Positions 11,214 to 22,395 of a stretch of DNA of 64,000 nt are shown piece after piece. This DNA comes from Takakia lepidozioides (lineage: Eukaryota > Plantae > Bryophyta). A program made the position numbers and the translations under genes. The notes beneath the pieces were generated by a model, which was given only the letters and a program-made list of their open reading frames with translations, did no database searches and had not been told where the DNA came from. Positions within the stretch are counted from its first letter, which is position 1, and every line of letters starts with the position of its first letter. The stretch covers positions 2,976,001 to 3,040,000 of the forward strand of contig CM060734.1 of NCBI GenBank assembly GCA_030704615.1. The letters run 5' to 3'.

Positions 11214-12140
11214 TCCCCACCTCCACCAAAAAGTCGGCACCAAGGGCGGGATCAGCTATGGCCACGTACTTTACCATCCGCGACTTGTACTTTATGCACG
11301 CCCTCACCTCCGCAGCTTTGACATACGATTCGAGTGCCGGGAGGGTTGGATTCTTCTCCTCTGACTCTATGTAGAACCTCTGCGCATGTGCCAAATCCTG
11401 CTGCATTTTCGTCTGTCAAGAATGCGCACATAAGATTAGAGATCCTGCTCAACACAATTTCTTCTATTGGGGGAGGAGATTAGAAATCATGGTGAAGACC
11501 TTTTCTTCTATTGGGGGAGGAGAGACAGATTAGCTCAACAAAACTGTCAGGAGCTTTACCCGAAATATGTAGTCCACCATGACGTCGACGCTCAGCCTAT
11601 ACCAGGTTCTGTCTTGCCTTTGCCTCCGACTTGCGCAGGAGGTCGGCACTGAGGGAATTGGCAAACTCTTGCACCCCCTGCTTCCCGACATCCTTCACTT
11701 GGAAGAGCATATGGGACAAGTTGGTGGCAATGAAGGCATTCTCAGTCACCCTGCAGGGCCACATTTCCATCAAACAATACTGAAATGGGAATTTTCATCA
11801 TATATGAGGATTCTCAATGAAATGACTTCCAAATTCAAAGTCCAAAAGCGAGAGGCGTTGTAACTTACGAGTTGATGTCCGCCATTGCAACTTTGAGAAG
11901 ACTGCGATCTTTGGGCCCCGCAACCTTCAGCACAACACAATCCACGGCGAAATGCCAATCGAGGTCGTTGGGTGGGCTTGGGCAATGTGCTCCATCCATG
12001 CCAGGAGGCGATGATTGTCGTCCCACACGTAGAACATCTTACCGGACAAGTGCTGGAAAGAGGATCACTAGCAATCGATCTCTCGAACTCCTCATTTCGC
12101 GTTTGCCAATGGGGACCCCATTTGTCCACCTCATCGGAAG
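11214..12140 (-). pseudogene. ParB-MTase gene copy 2, middle segment (end of ParB exon through exon 4)
   Basis: Reverse complement of ~2360-3243; encodes QQDLAHAQRFYIESEEKNP and DKWGPHWQTRNEEF. Confidence 0.9.
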
Positions 12141-12867
12141 TGTCGCGGCCCTTTGCCTTGAGGGCAGGGGGTCAGGACACATGAGGGGCTGCCCCTGTGG
12201 TGGGGGCAGCGGCAGCGATAGGTATGGGGGGCTGAAGCACCCTTGAGTGCCCAAGGCACTCAAGGAGGCGGAGGCGCTCACTAGGTGGAGCCCCGCACAC
12301 CGGGTTGCGGTGGGGGTGGCTCCACAAGGGGTGGTGGTAGCTTAGCGGGACTTAGTGGGGGTGGCATAGGACTCACCATGGGGGCGGAGACCTCGTGGTG
12401 GGAGTCGTGGGGAGTCTTGGGAATCATCACGGTCCATAGGGGCCGTGGTGAGTGGGCCAAGACTCACCGCGACTCATCACGGGAGTCGAGGGTTTTCGTG
12501 GTGGTTCGCCATAAAATGGCATGGCTGGTTGTGAAACCCCCGCGGACAGCTACAAAAGTATATATAAGGGGAGTAGTGACCCCGAGAACGGTGCAAGCCC
12601 GTTGGTGACCAAAAACTAGTGAGTAAGCAAGCGAGCCGGAAAGCGACCAAAGAGTGGGGAGCTGTTCCGGACTGCCATCTACCAAAGGGAATTCTCCTAG
12701 TCCCAAAAAGGTGGAGGGTTTAGTGGGAAGCGAAGGGGGACCGTTATGTCCCGGTGAGCAGCCGAAGCTCCAAGTTGGCCCGGGCGGCCAGGTTGGGAGT
12801 CAGGTGCGCGCATCAAAGCGAGTAACTATGACGTGAAGGGGAGCTTACCGAAGGGAGGTGCGCGACA
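12141..12867 (+). repeat. 5' LTR of Gypsy B
   Basis: TGTCGCGG...GTGCGCGACA, followed by the PBS. Confidence 0.95.
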
Positions 12868-12869
12868 CT

Positions 12870-12881
12870 TGGTATCAGAGC
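12870..12881 (+). promoter_or_regulatory. Primer-binding site complementary to the 3' end of tRNA-iMet
   Basis: TGGTATCAGAGC, 2 nt after the 5' LTR. Confidence 0.93.
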
Positions 12882-12922
12882 TTAGAGTTCAGTACGCGAT
12901 CGTCCTTGGGATTGGCCTCATA

Positions 12923-15900
12923 ATGGGGTCGGGCAAGCCGAAGCGAAAGCGGAACGGCCCAAAAGATGATGATCCTGGTGAGCCCGACGGGGGCGACGTG
13001 TCACCGAGGCGGCCGTTTGAGGAAGCGATGAATGTTTCCGAAAATGAGGCCGCTCAAGAGCGGGAGGAATCCGAGGAGTCGGAGCCCGAGGAATCCTTGA
13101 GAGCTCCGACAAACCAAGAGATGCCTCCCATGCCGGCAGCCTTTTGGGAAGGGTTGTTGGCGAAGTTGGCGGGACGTTGAAAGACGTGTTGAAGGCGGCT
13201 AATGCCACTTCCACTAAGGCAAAGTTTAAGGTGAAGCCTAAGGAACCGGGCACCTTCGAGGGCGTTTGAAATCGGAAGGCACTCAACACCTGGCTCCTGG
13301 AGCTAGAGCAGTACTTCGGGCGGCCAAGTTGAGTGACGAGGATAGGGTGGAAGTGGCTCCCACCTATTTGAGGGGTTATGCTCAACAATGGTGGAAGAAA
13401 CGCCTTCACGACCGAGGCCCAATCCCGGAAACCTTGAACTGGAGTGGTTCAAGGAATTGATGAAGAGATTTGTGCCCCTCAAACGCATCCTGGCTTGCCC
13501 GGGACAAGATGAGGAATTTGAAGCAAACAGATGACATTCGGGGGTATGTCCAGGCTTTCAATGTGCTGTTGCTCGAAGTCGCGGACATGGCAGAACCAGA
13601 AATGGTCTTCAACTTTGTGGCGGGGGCGGCCCCATGGGCCAGGAGGAAGTTGGAGGAGAAGCCACCCAAGACTTTGAACGAGACAATTGAGAGGGCTGAA
13701 TGTTTCTCGGATGTCCCTAAGGGTGAGAGACAAGGCCGTACGGAGCTGACCCACAAGAAGACCCGGTGGGAAGGTGACTCCTTCCGACCGGAAAAGAAGT
13801 GGGATAGGCCATGCGGCGACAATGGCACGTGGAAATCAAAGGGAGGACCTTCACACGTCAAGGCAGCACCCAGTGCTTCGAAAGGAAAAGCGGGTGGAGC
13901 GGCGTATGGGCGGACAAAAGGCGACCTTTGATGGAGTGTTTGTTTCAATTGCGGGGAGCCCGGGCACATGGCCAAGAAGTGCACAAAACCTCGTCAATTG
14001 AACATGACTCGGGCAACCACGGAGCTGTCGGAGATACCATCAGTCGCTTGGTGGAAGCGGTGGTTGCCAGGACTTGCAAGGTAGGCCACTATTCTTGTGA
14101 TGTATCAGGAACTGGCGCCCTGCGTAAAGGGATTCAGTTATTGTTCGTGGATGGGATAATATCCGGAACTAACGTGTCGTTGTTGGTGGACACAGGAGCG
14201 TCGCACTCCTTCATGACGCCGGCGACGGCGCGAAAGTTGGGACTCCCGACAAGTGACGTGGGGGCCTCTATTGAGGTGCGTTCTGCCAAAGGAGAACCAC
14301 CAGTTGGCGACAAGTTGGCGTTTGATGTTCCTCTTCAACTGGGGAGTTGGGAGGGACGTGAGAACTTCACCATCTGCGAGATCGATGGTAGTGGATCTCA
14401 TTTTGGGATGACCTTTTTGAGCAAATCCGGAGCGGTCATAGATGGCCGCAAGAGAGTGGTCACGCTGCCATGTGGGAGTGGTGGCGAGGTTTTACGAGTG
14501 TCAAAATGCCCAAATCCGTGGGAGGGCGAATAAAACCTTCTGTCAGCAAGGGAGTGGGCCGTGGAGGAGGCACACGAGCCCCAGTTTTTGCTTTACATTA
14601 GAGAAGTGAAGGGAGAAGGCGATGGGGAGCCAAGCCCAGATTGGATCAAGGGGATCTTGGAGAAATAACCAGGATGTGTTGCCGGAGGATTTACCAAGCG
14701 GCTTGCCACGCGAAGAGGAGTTGACCACACGATTGAGGTGATACCGGGATCGAAACCGCCTGCCAAGGCACCCTACCAGTTGAGCCACAGGGAGTTGGTC
14801 GAGCTAAGACTCAGCTCAAGGTCTAATGTCAAAGGGGTACATCTGGCCGAGTAAGTCACCTTACGGAGCCCCGGTGCTATTCGCAGACAAGAAGGATGGG
14901 ACGCTGCGGATGTGTGTCGATTACAGGGCTTTGAATAAGGTGACTATTAAAAAAAAACCGGTACCCTTTGCCAAGGATCGACGACCTTTTCGACCGGTTG
15001 GCAGAGCAAAGTATTTCAGCCGGATCGACTTGCGCTCCGGCTATCATCAAATTCGGGTGGCGGAAGGAGATGAGGAAAGACCGCGTGCAGGACAAGGTAT
15101 GGTTCATATAAGTTCTTGGTGATGCCTTTTGGCTCACTAATGCACCTGCGACCTTTAGCACGCTGATGACAGCCTTTTCCAGGAGTGGTTGGATGACTTT
15201 GTGATCGTGTACATCGACGACATCTTGGTGTATTCGAAAACAAAGGAGGAGCACCTGGAGCACCTCAAAAGGATCTTCCAGAAATTGCGAGAATGGAAGC
15301 TGTATGCCAAAGCTTCAAAGTGCGAATTCGGGGTCACAAAAATGGAGTTCCTGGGGCATGTGATTACACAGGATGGATCAAAATGGATGACAGGAAGGTG
15401 AGGACAATTTTGGACTGGGAGCCTCCGACTTCGGTCCCGGGAGTGCGATCCTTCCTAGGACTCGCTCCTATTACTGGAAGTATGTGAGAAATTTTGCCAA
15501 AATCGCGGGGCCGCTGTCAGACCTTCTGTGTAAATCTAAAGTCTGGGCATGGAACACTTTTGTGGCCAAGCTTTTGCTGATTGAAGCAGCGGATGGCGGA
15601 AGCTCCAGTCTTGAAAATCCCGAAGTTCGATCGTCCGTTTGAGATACATACAGATGCGTCGGACTTCACGATTGGTGGTGTGCTGATGCAAGATGGACGT
15701 CCAGTGGCTTACGAAGTAAGAAACTGAATGAAGTGGAGCGACGGTGGCCGACGCACGAGAAAGAGATGAAGGCGGTGGTGCACTGTCTTGAGCTCTGGCA
15801 CCACTATGTTGGTTCCAACCCAATGAAGGTGTTCACGGACAATGTCACGGTGAAGTATTTTGCCACGCAGCCCAAGTTGTCCCCAAAACAACTTAGGTGG

Positions 15901-16980
15901 CAAGATACTTTGGCGGTGTTCGACGTGGATATCCGTACAAACCGGGACGAGACAACGTGGGCCGATGCTTTAAGTAGAAAGCAGCAGCTCTTGTTGGTGT
16001 ACAAGGGCGAGACGGCGCTCCAAAGGAAGTCCGGAAGGCTTGCCGGAAGGATGAGCTGGCGAAGTCCATGATGCAGGACTTGAGGATGGGGGTTAAATCG
16101 CAGTTCCACTTGCAAAATGGACTGCTCTGGTATAAGCAAAAACGTCTCTACGTGCCGAAGGGAGGGATCAGAGATAGCCTCTTGAGAAAATGCCATGATA
16201 GCCCGCTTGCGGGCCACGACGGAGCCAAGTGCACTGCGGCACTCTTGAAGAAAGAGTATTTCTGGCCCAAACTGAGGGAGGAGGCAGAGGAGTATGTCAA
16301 GACATGCACCACATGCCAACAAAACCGGAGCGAGTACAAAAAGCAAGCGGGGCTGTTTACAACCCTTGCCGATTCCAGAGGGGACTTGGGAAAACGTCTC
16401 GATGGATTTCATGACTGCTATGCCGCTGTCAAAAGGATTCGATGCAATCATGGTGGTGGGGGTAGGTTCAGTAAAATGGGCCATTTCATCCCCACCAAGG
16501 AGACGGCAACGGCGCAGGAGACAGGGTGACTTTACTTCGCCCACGTCTTAAAGCATCATGGAGTCCCGAAGGATATTGTCTCGGACTGCGAGTAAATTTT
16601 GGAGGGCACTTTGGAAGAAGATGGGGTCGAGGCTGAAGATGAGCACCGCCTTCCGACCTACGACTGCCGGCAAACAGCAAGGTGCACCCAGTATTCCATG
16701 TCTCCCTTTTGAAGCCTTACTTCAAAGATGAAGCGCGTCCGAATCGGCATCAAGTGTGCGTCCGCCACCTATGCTGTTGGATCATGAAAATGAACCTGAG
16801 TACGAGGTGGAGGCAATACTTAAGTCGAGGAGGTTCAAGAACCGAGAAACGGAGTATCTCGTCAAATGGAAGGGCTATCATCATGTGGAGGCATCTTGGG
16901 TGCGTGCCTCAGAAATGGGAAACGCATCCAAGGCGGTTGCAGCTTTCGAAGGGCGACCTCAAAAGCGGAAGAAACGTTGA
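12923..16980 (+). pseudogene. gag-pol: gag-pol of Gypsy B, with many frameshifts and a ~470-bp deletion in integrase
   Basis: Zinc knuckle CFNCGEPGHMAKKC, protease [31 protein letters not shown] and YIDDILVYS, RNase H TDAS..DALSR, integrase HHCC, chromodomain YEVEAIL..YLVKWKGY. Deletion junction near 16663 relative to copy A. Confidence 0.92.
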
Positions 16981-17883
16981 TGGGGACATCAACCTTGGAG
17001 CGTGGGGGAGGAAATGCATGCTTAGCCCGGCTTAGCTAGCTTAGGAATCCGATTACAAAAACTTGTGTTGTACAAAAATTTGTTATAAAGGAAATGGGTT
17101 CCAAATGTTGTGCGTCCTATTTTGTTTGGAATGGTGATGCATGGTATGGTTGGCTAGTGTGTAGAATGCATGCTAGCTTATAAAGTGGGAGAGGTAAATT
17201 GGGTTAATCGTGTGTTTGCGTAGTGCCGAAATCGGGTGACCCCCATCCAAGGGGCAAGGAAACTTGCGACTTCTTTGGGAGTTCACGTGCTAGTGCGCAC
17301 CTGGCGCGTGCGCGTACTATAACTGCGCTAACCGAGGGGTTGCCTTGTAGTGCGGGCTAACGCGGAAGCTACGTGCTTCCGTTCACGTACTATAATCGTG
17401 TAGCCTCGGGACGAAGTCGTAGTGCGGCTTCGGCGTGTTCCCGTACCTCAGGCCAGCATTCCAAGGCGGACCCAATTGTAGTGATTGGGGCGCACGGTTG
17501 GTTCAAGGTTATCTTCCTAGTCAAAGAGGGTTCCAGGGAACCCTTGCTCAAGGTGATGCCAAAAGCGGCATCATGAGCGATCGCAAGCAATGTTGTTGCA
17601 GTAAGGCGATTCGATCCTCGGGGAGGATCGTTCCTTGGCCTTGAAGTAGGCCAAGAAGAGTGCAGTGGGAGGAGCTGGAGAGGCTCCACCCTTGGCCGGG
17701 ACTTGGAGGAAGTCGGCCGAACTAGCTAGTGGAGAGTAGAGTCAAGTGTGGGGTTTGGTTCTTGCCATGGGACGCCATGGTACGGAAACAAACTCCTTGA
17801 TGTGAGACGCCACAACTTGGATGTTCGTTTCTACAAAATGGACAAGTCGATGAGGACATCGACTCCCTGTTGGTAAGGGCGTG

Positions 17884-18608
17884 TGTCGCGGCCCTTTGCC
17901 TTGAGGGCAAGGGGTCGGGACACATGAGGGGCTGCCCCTGTGGTGGGGGCAGCGGCAGCGATAGGTATGGGGGGCTGAAGCACCCTTGAGTGCCCAAGGC
18001 ACTCAAGGAGCGGAGGCGCTCACTAGGTGGAGCCCCGCACACCGGGTTGCGGTGGGGGTGGCTCCACAAGGGGTGGTGGTAGCTTAGCGGGACTTAGTGG
18101 GGTGGCATAGGACTCACCATGGGGGCGGAGACCTCGTGGTGGGGGTCGTGGGGAGTCTTGGGACTCATCACGGTCCAGAGGGGCCGTGGTGAGTGGGCCA
18201 AGACTCACCACGACTCATCATCGGGAGTCGAGGGTTTTCGTGGTGGTTCGCCATAAAATGGCATGGCTGGTTGTGAAACCCCCGTGGACAGCTACAGAAG
18301 TATATATAAGGGGAGTAGTGACCCCGAGAACGGTGCAAGCCCGTTGGTGACCAAAAACTAGTGAGTAAGCGAGCGAGCCGGAAAGCGACCAAAGAGTGGG
18401 GAGCTGTTCCGGACTGCCATCTACCAAAGGGAATTCCACTAGTCCCAAATAGGTGGAGGGTTTAGTGGGAAGCGAAGGGGGACCTTTATGTCCCGGTGAG
18501 CAGCCGAAGCTCCAAGTTGGCCCGGCGGCCAGGTTGGGAGTCAGGCGCGCGCATCAAAGCGAGTAACTATGACGTGAAGGGGAGCTTACCGAAGGGAGGT
18601 GCGCGACA
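17884..18608 (+). repeat. 3' LTR of Gypsy B
   Basis: Homologous to the 5' LTR with scattered substitutions; followed by TSD GGAAG. Confidence 0.95.
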
Positions 18609-20302
18609 GGAAGTGTGGGCACGGGAAGCTCCGTGGTCGTTCTCAATGGAAACGTAAAACGCGGCAGACCCCATTCGATATCCATCCCGGAAAGAGAATT
18701 TCAGCTTGTCGATATCGCCTGGGAGGGCAGGTCTCACCACCTGCAATGACACCAAGCGGCAAAGGGGAATTCGAAGCTTGGCCGGGTACACCATGCCCCC
18801 AGGACCCTGCCAATGTTGCTGTGGGTTGCCTCCAACATCTTGGCAGCGGCCAACTTCATATCCGCCTCAGACATGACGTCTGCTGCAGAGGGTTTTCCGG
18901 CAGCCCACCAGGACCGCCAAATCCAGCCTGTATGCTCCGGGTTTGGGGCCTGGGGATGTCTGGGAGGATGTCATCCTGGTCAGAAAGCTCCCTGTCGTCC
19001 TCCTCAATAGGGTCAGCCACCTACGAAACCACCTCCAGCACTCTCCCCGTCTCTACTGCCCTCTCCCTGGCTTCACCTCGAACTTGCACAATCCGTGCTC
19101 TTTCTGGTGTTCTTTCCTCTCCTCCACTCTCCACCGTATGGGTAATTGCAGGGGCTGCTCTTGCCCGCGATGGTCTAACCGGTGTGGTACTGCCTCTTTG
19201 TGGTGTCTTGGAGGGATCCACCGTCTCTGTGCGTCCCTCGCTTACATTGGCATATGTCATTTGGGCACCCCTGGCCTCTTCAGTGGCCTTTTCTCTTTCC
19301 TCTTGGCTAGCATTCTGTCTCGTCTGTTCTTTTGCCCTCTCTTTTGCCCTCTCACGGGCTTTCTGTTTCTTATTAGGGCTAGCAGCAGGGGAGCCCGGAT
19401 GGACGACCACCTTTGAGGTAGGCGAACTGACACCCTCGCGCGCACTGTGAACTCCCCCCTCCGCAGCCCGTGACGGCTCTCACGCCGGGGATTGCACGTG
19501 CTTGGCTTTCTTCTTCTTCTTTGCTTGGACGGGCCCTACTGCTTCTGCATCAACAACCTCCATTGCCGGATCTGTTGTTCTCACTTCCTCACGCCGTTCA
19601 CCTGCCATGAGGCCTGCACCAACCTCCCCAATGCCTATTCTGTCGTACTCTCGCTGCAGGTCCTCCCGTCCACCAACAAAAGGTTGAAGTTTGCCCTCTC
19701 GCTCCAAGGTGGGCGGTTCAAACATGCGATGAGTTGCAGCAGTCGATGATACCACCAGCGTGCCGGGCTCGTCGTCACTCTGTCATTCCCAAAATCGTGA
19801 GAACCAACATCGGTGCCAAAACCAGCATCGCAACCACCATAGCAACAATCGTGTAACAAAAATGAAAACATAACAAGTTTAGGAAGTATGGAGAGCCATG
19901 CAACAACAATGAAAACAAATGCAACCATTGCCTGAGAATGACATGCACAAGCAGCCTTCTCTAGAGCTGCCGGATTTGCACACGCATTGCAAACAATCTA
20001 AGGTTCACTCAACTATCTAAGGTTCACTCATCCAGCGAAGCCAGGATGAAGATGCAAAAACAAAACGAGGCAACAAAGCGAAAGCGAAAGCAAAATCGAA
20101 CAAAGCGAAAGCAGAAGTGGCTTGCCTGAGAGTACTCGGCTTCAGTTGGCGCGGGTTGTGAGCAAGACACTGGAATCTCCTGCTGGAGCTTCAGTTTAGC
20201 CATGCGAGAGATTGGCCGTCGTCCGTAGTACAGAGCTTTCAACTTCCGCCGCGGTCTGGATGTGAGGTCTTTCTCAGGAGAGCCACGCCCTTCAGGCGGC
20301 AT
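18609..20302 (-). pseudogene. ParB-MTase gene 5' part (unit 1)
   Basis: Reverse-complement homolog of 669-2364. Confidence 0.85.
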
Positions 20303-20519
20303 AAGTCCCAGCCAAAATGGAAAAAATCTCCGTTTTTGGGGTACATGCCTCGAATAGCATGTTAAGCCAAGATTAGCATCAGATTTAGGGTACATATCCA
20401 GGAAGCCATGTGTCGCCAGCCCGAATGAAAACGGATGGCGGTGGACATTTATTGCCCAACTGCGCAATTAAATGTCGGATGAAGCCCTCCATGTCGGATG
20501 AAAATCGACGGAACTCGGC

Positions 20520-22095
20520 CCGGAATTTCCAACGTAGAGGTAATTCGGAGCGCTGCAGGATGGAAATCCGACGCCGGATTTCCATCCTGCAGGTAATTCG
20601 GAGCGCAGCAGGATGGAAATTCAGCGCCGAATTTCCATCCTGCAAGGTAGGGCGGCGCGCGAAATTTCCCTCACGCAGGTAATTTCAAAGCGGATGGATG
20701 GAAATCCGGCGCCGGATTTCCATCCGCGCAGGTAGGGCGGCGGGCGAAATTTCCCTCACGCAGGTAATTCGGAGGCGGATTTCCATCCGCAAGGTTGGTC
20801 GGAGAGCGGATGGATGGAGATCCGGCGCCGAATTTCCATCCAACAGGTAAGTAGGATCGCTGGCGTATGGATATTTGGCGCCGAATTTCCATTCGCCAGG
20901 TATTTCGAAGCGCTGAATTACCTTCCTGCAGGTAATTCTGAGCGTGTCCGATTGATTTTTCGGAGAAAAACAAACCTAACTGTTTGTTTTGTGGCTGAAG
21001 TGCACTTGTAGACACGTTTTTCTTGGAATCCTTGACTGCTAGAGGCAAATCGGAACAGCCTCGGACGGAAATTCGGCGCCGTTTTTCCATTCTGGGAGGT
21101 TTTTACAACTTCCTTTGAGGGGGCCCCGATGGAAATTCGGCGCCGAATTTCCATCCGGGGGATGGTCTCTGTCGGAGAGGTGTCGGCCTCTCCGCCGCTC
21201 TGTTGGATATTCGGTGCCGAATTTCCGTCCGGGGGTTGAAATATGACGGCCAGGTGCCGGCCTCTCCCCCCTCCCTGACTGCATTGGAACGGCCCCGGAT
21301 GGAAATTCGGCGCCGTTTTTCCATCTGGGGAGGTTTTTATGTCGGCCAGTTTTCGGCTTGACCCCCCGACACGACTTCCTTTGGGGGGGCCCGGATGGAA
21401 ATTCGGCGCCGAATCTCCATATAGGGGATGCTCTCTGTCGAACACGTGCCGGCCTCTACGCCCGAGGCGACTTCATCCGGGCGTCCCCTGTTGGATATTC
21501 AGTGCCGAATTTCCGTCCGGGGGTTGAAATGTGACGGCCAGGTGCCGGCCTCTCCCCCCTCCCCGACTGCATCCGAACCGTCCCGGATGGAAATTCGGCG
21601 CCGTTTTTCCATCTGGGGATGTTTTTATGCCGGCCAGTTTTCGGCCTGACCCCCCGACACGACTTCCTTTGGGGGGGCCCGGATGGAAATTCGGCGCCGA
21701 ATGTCCATCCAGGGGATGTTCTCTGTCGCACACGCGCCAGCCTCTGCGCCCGAGGCGACTTCATCCGGGCTTCCCCTGTTGTATATTCGGTGCCGAATTT
21801 CCGTCCGGGGGTTGTAATGTGAGGGCCAGATGGCGGCCTTTCCCCCGAGCCGACTGCATCCGAAAGGCCTCGGATGGAAATTCGGCGCCGCTTTTCCATC
21901 CGCGGAGGTTTTTAGGTCGGCCAGTTTTCGGCCTGACCCCCCGACATGACTTCCTTTGGGTGGATCCGAATGGAAATTCGGCGCTGAATTTCCATCCGGA
22001 GGATATTTTCTGTCGGACACGTGCCAGCATCTCTGCCCCATACGACTTCATCCGTGCGGCCCCTGTTGGGTATTGGGTGCCGAATTTCCATTCGG
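20520..22095. repeat. Intergenic palindrome arrays between the divergent genes (unit 1): 53/85-bp spacing, then a 288-bp higher-order unit of three 96-bp subunits
   Basis: (A/T)ATT(C/G) core at 21208, 21304, 21400, 21496, 21592, 21688, 21784, 21879, 21975 and 22071. Perfect 28-bp palindrome at 21128-21155. Confidence 0.93.
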
Positions 22096-22395
22096 GGGTA
22101 GTAATGTGACGGCACGGTGCCGGCTTCTCCCCTTCAGCCGACATCATCCGGACGGCCCCCCACTTTCTGACTGCATACCGTTGGCAGTTATTGCGCAAAG
22201 ACCAAGGGCCGCATTCCGGAGACAAGGTTCATTAACACTCTGACTCTGGATTTTTGAGATAGTTGGCTCCCTGGATTTGGACCAGGCTTCGTCGCTCGGA
22301 CAAATCGGCACCGCATTCCTTCCCATCGCTGCATCCCCCTTCTACCAGGGAGCTTCCCCGCACGCCATCCTGGCAGTCTTGTGTGCACATCTCCC

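Larger units (their letters stand above)
12141..18608 (+). mobile_element. Full-length but degenerate Ty3/Gypsy chromovirus B (Galadriel-like termini), 5-bp TSD GGAAG
   Basis: LTRs at 12141-12867 and 17884-18608. GGAAG at 12136-12140 and 18609-18613. The empty-site sequence is visible in copy 1 at ~2351-2380. Confidence 0.95.

Noticed and set aside
20385-22326. Numerous short ORFs (MEIRRRISI..., WKFGAEFP...) as proteins
   Set aside because: They are translations of the palindromic repeats, occur on both strands and have no domain signal. The same applies to ORFs at 2-529, 41915-42651 and 50788-55731.
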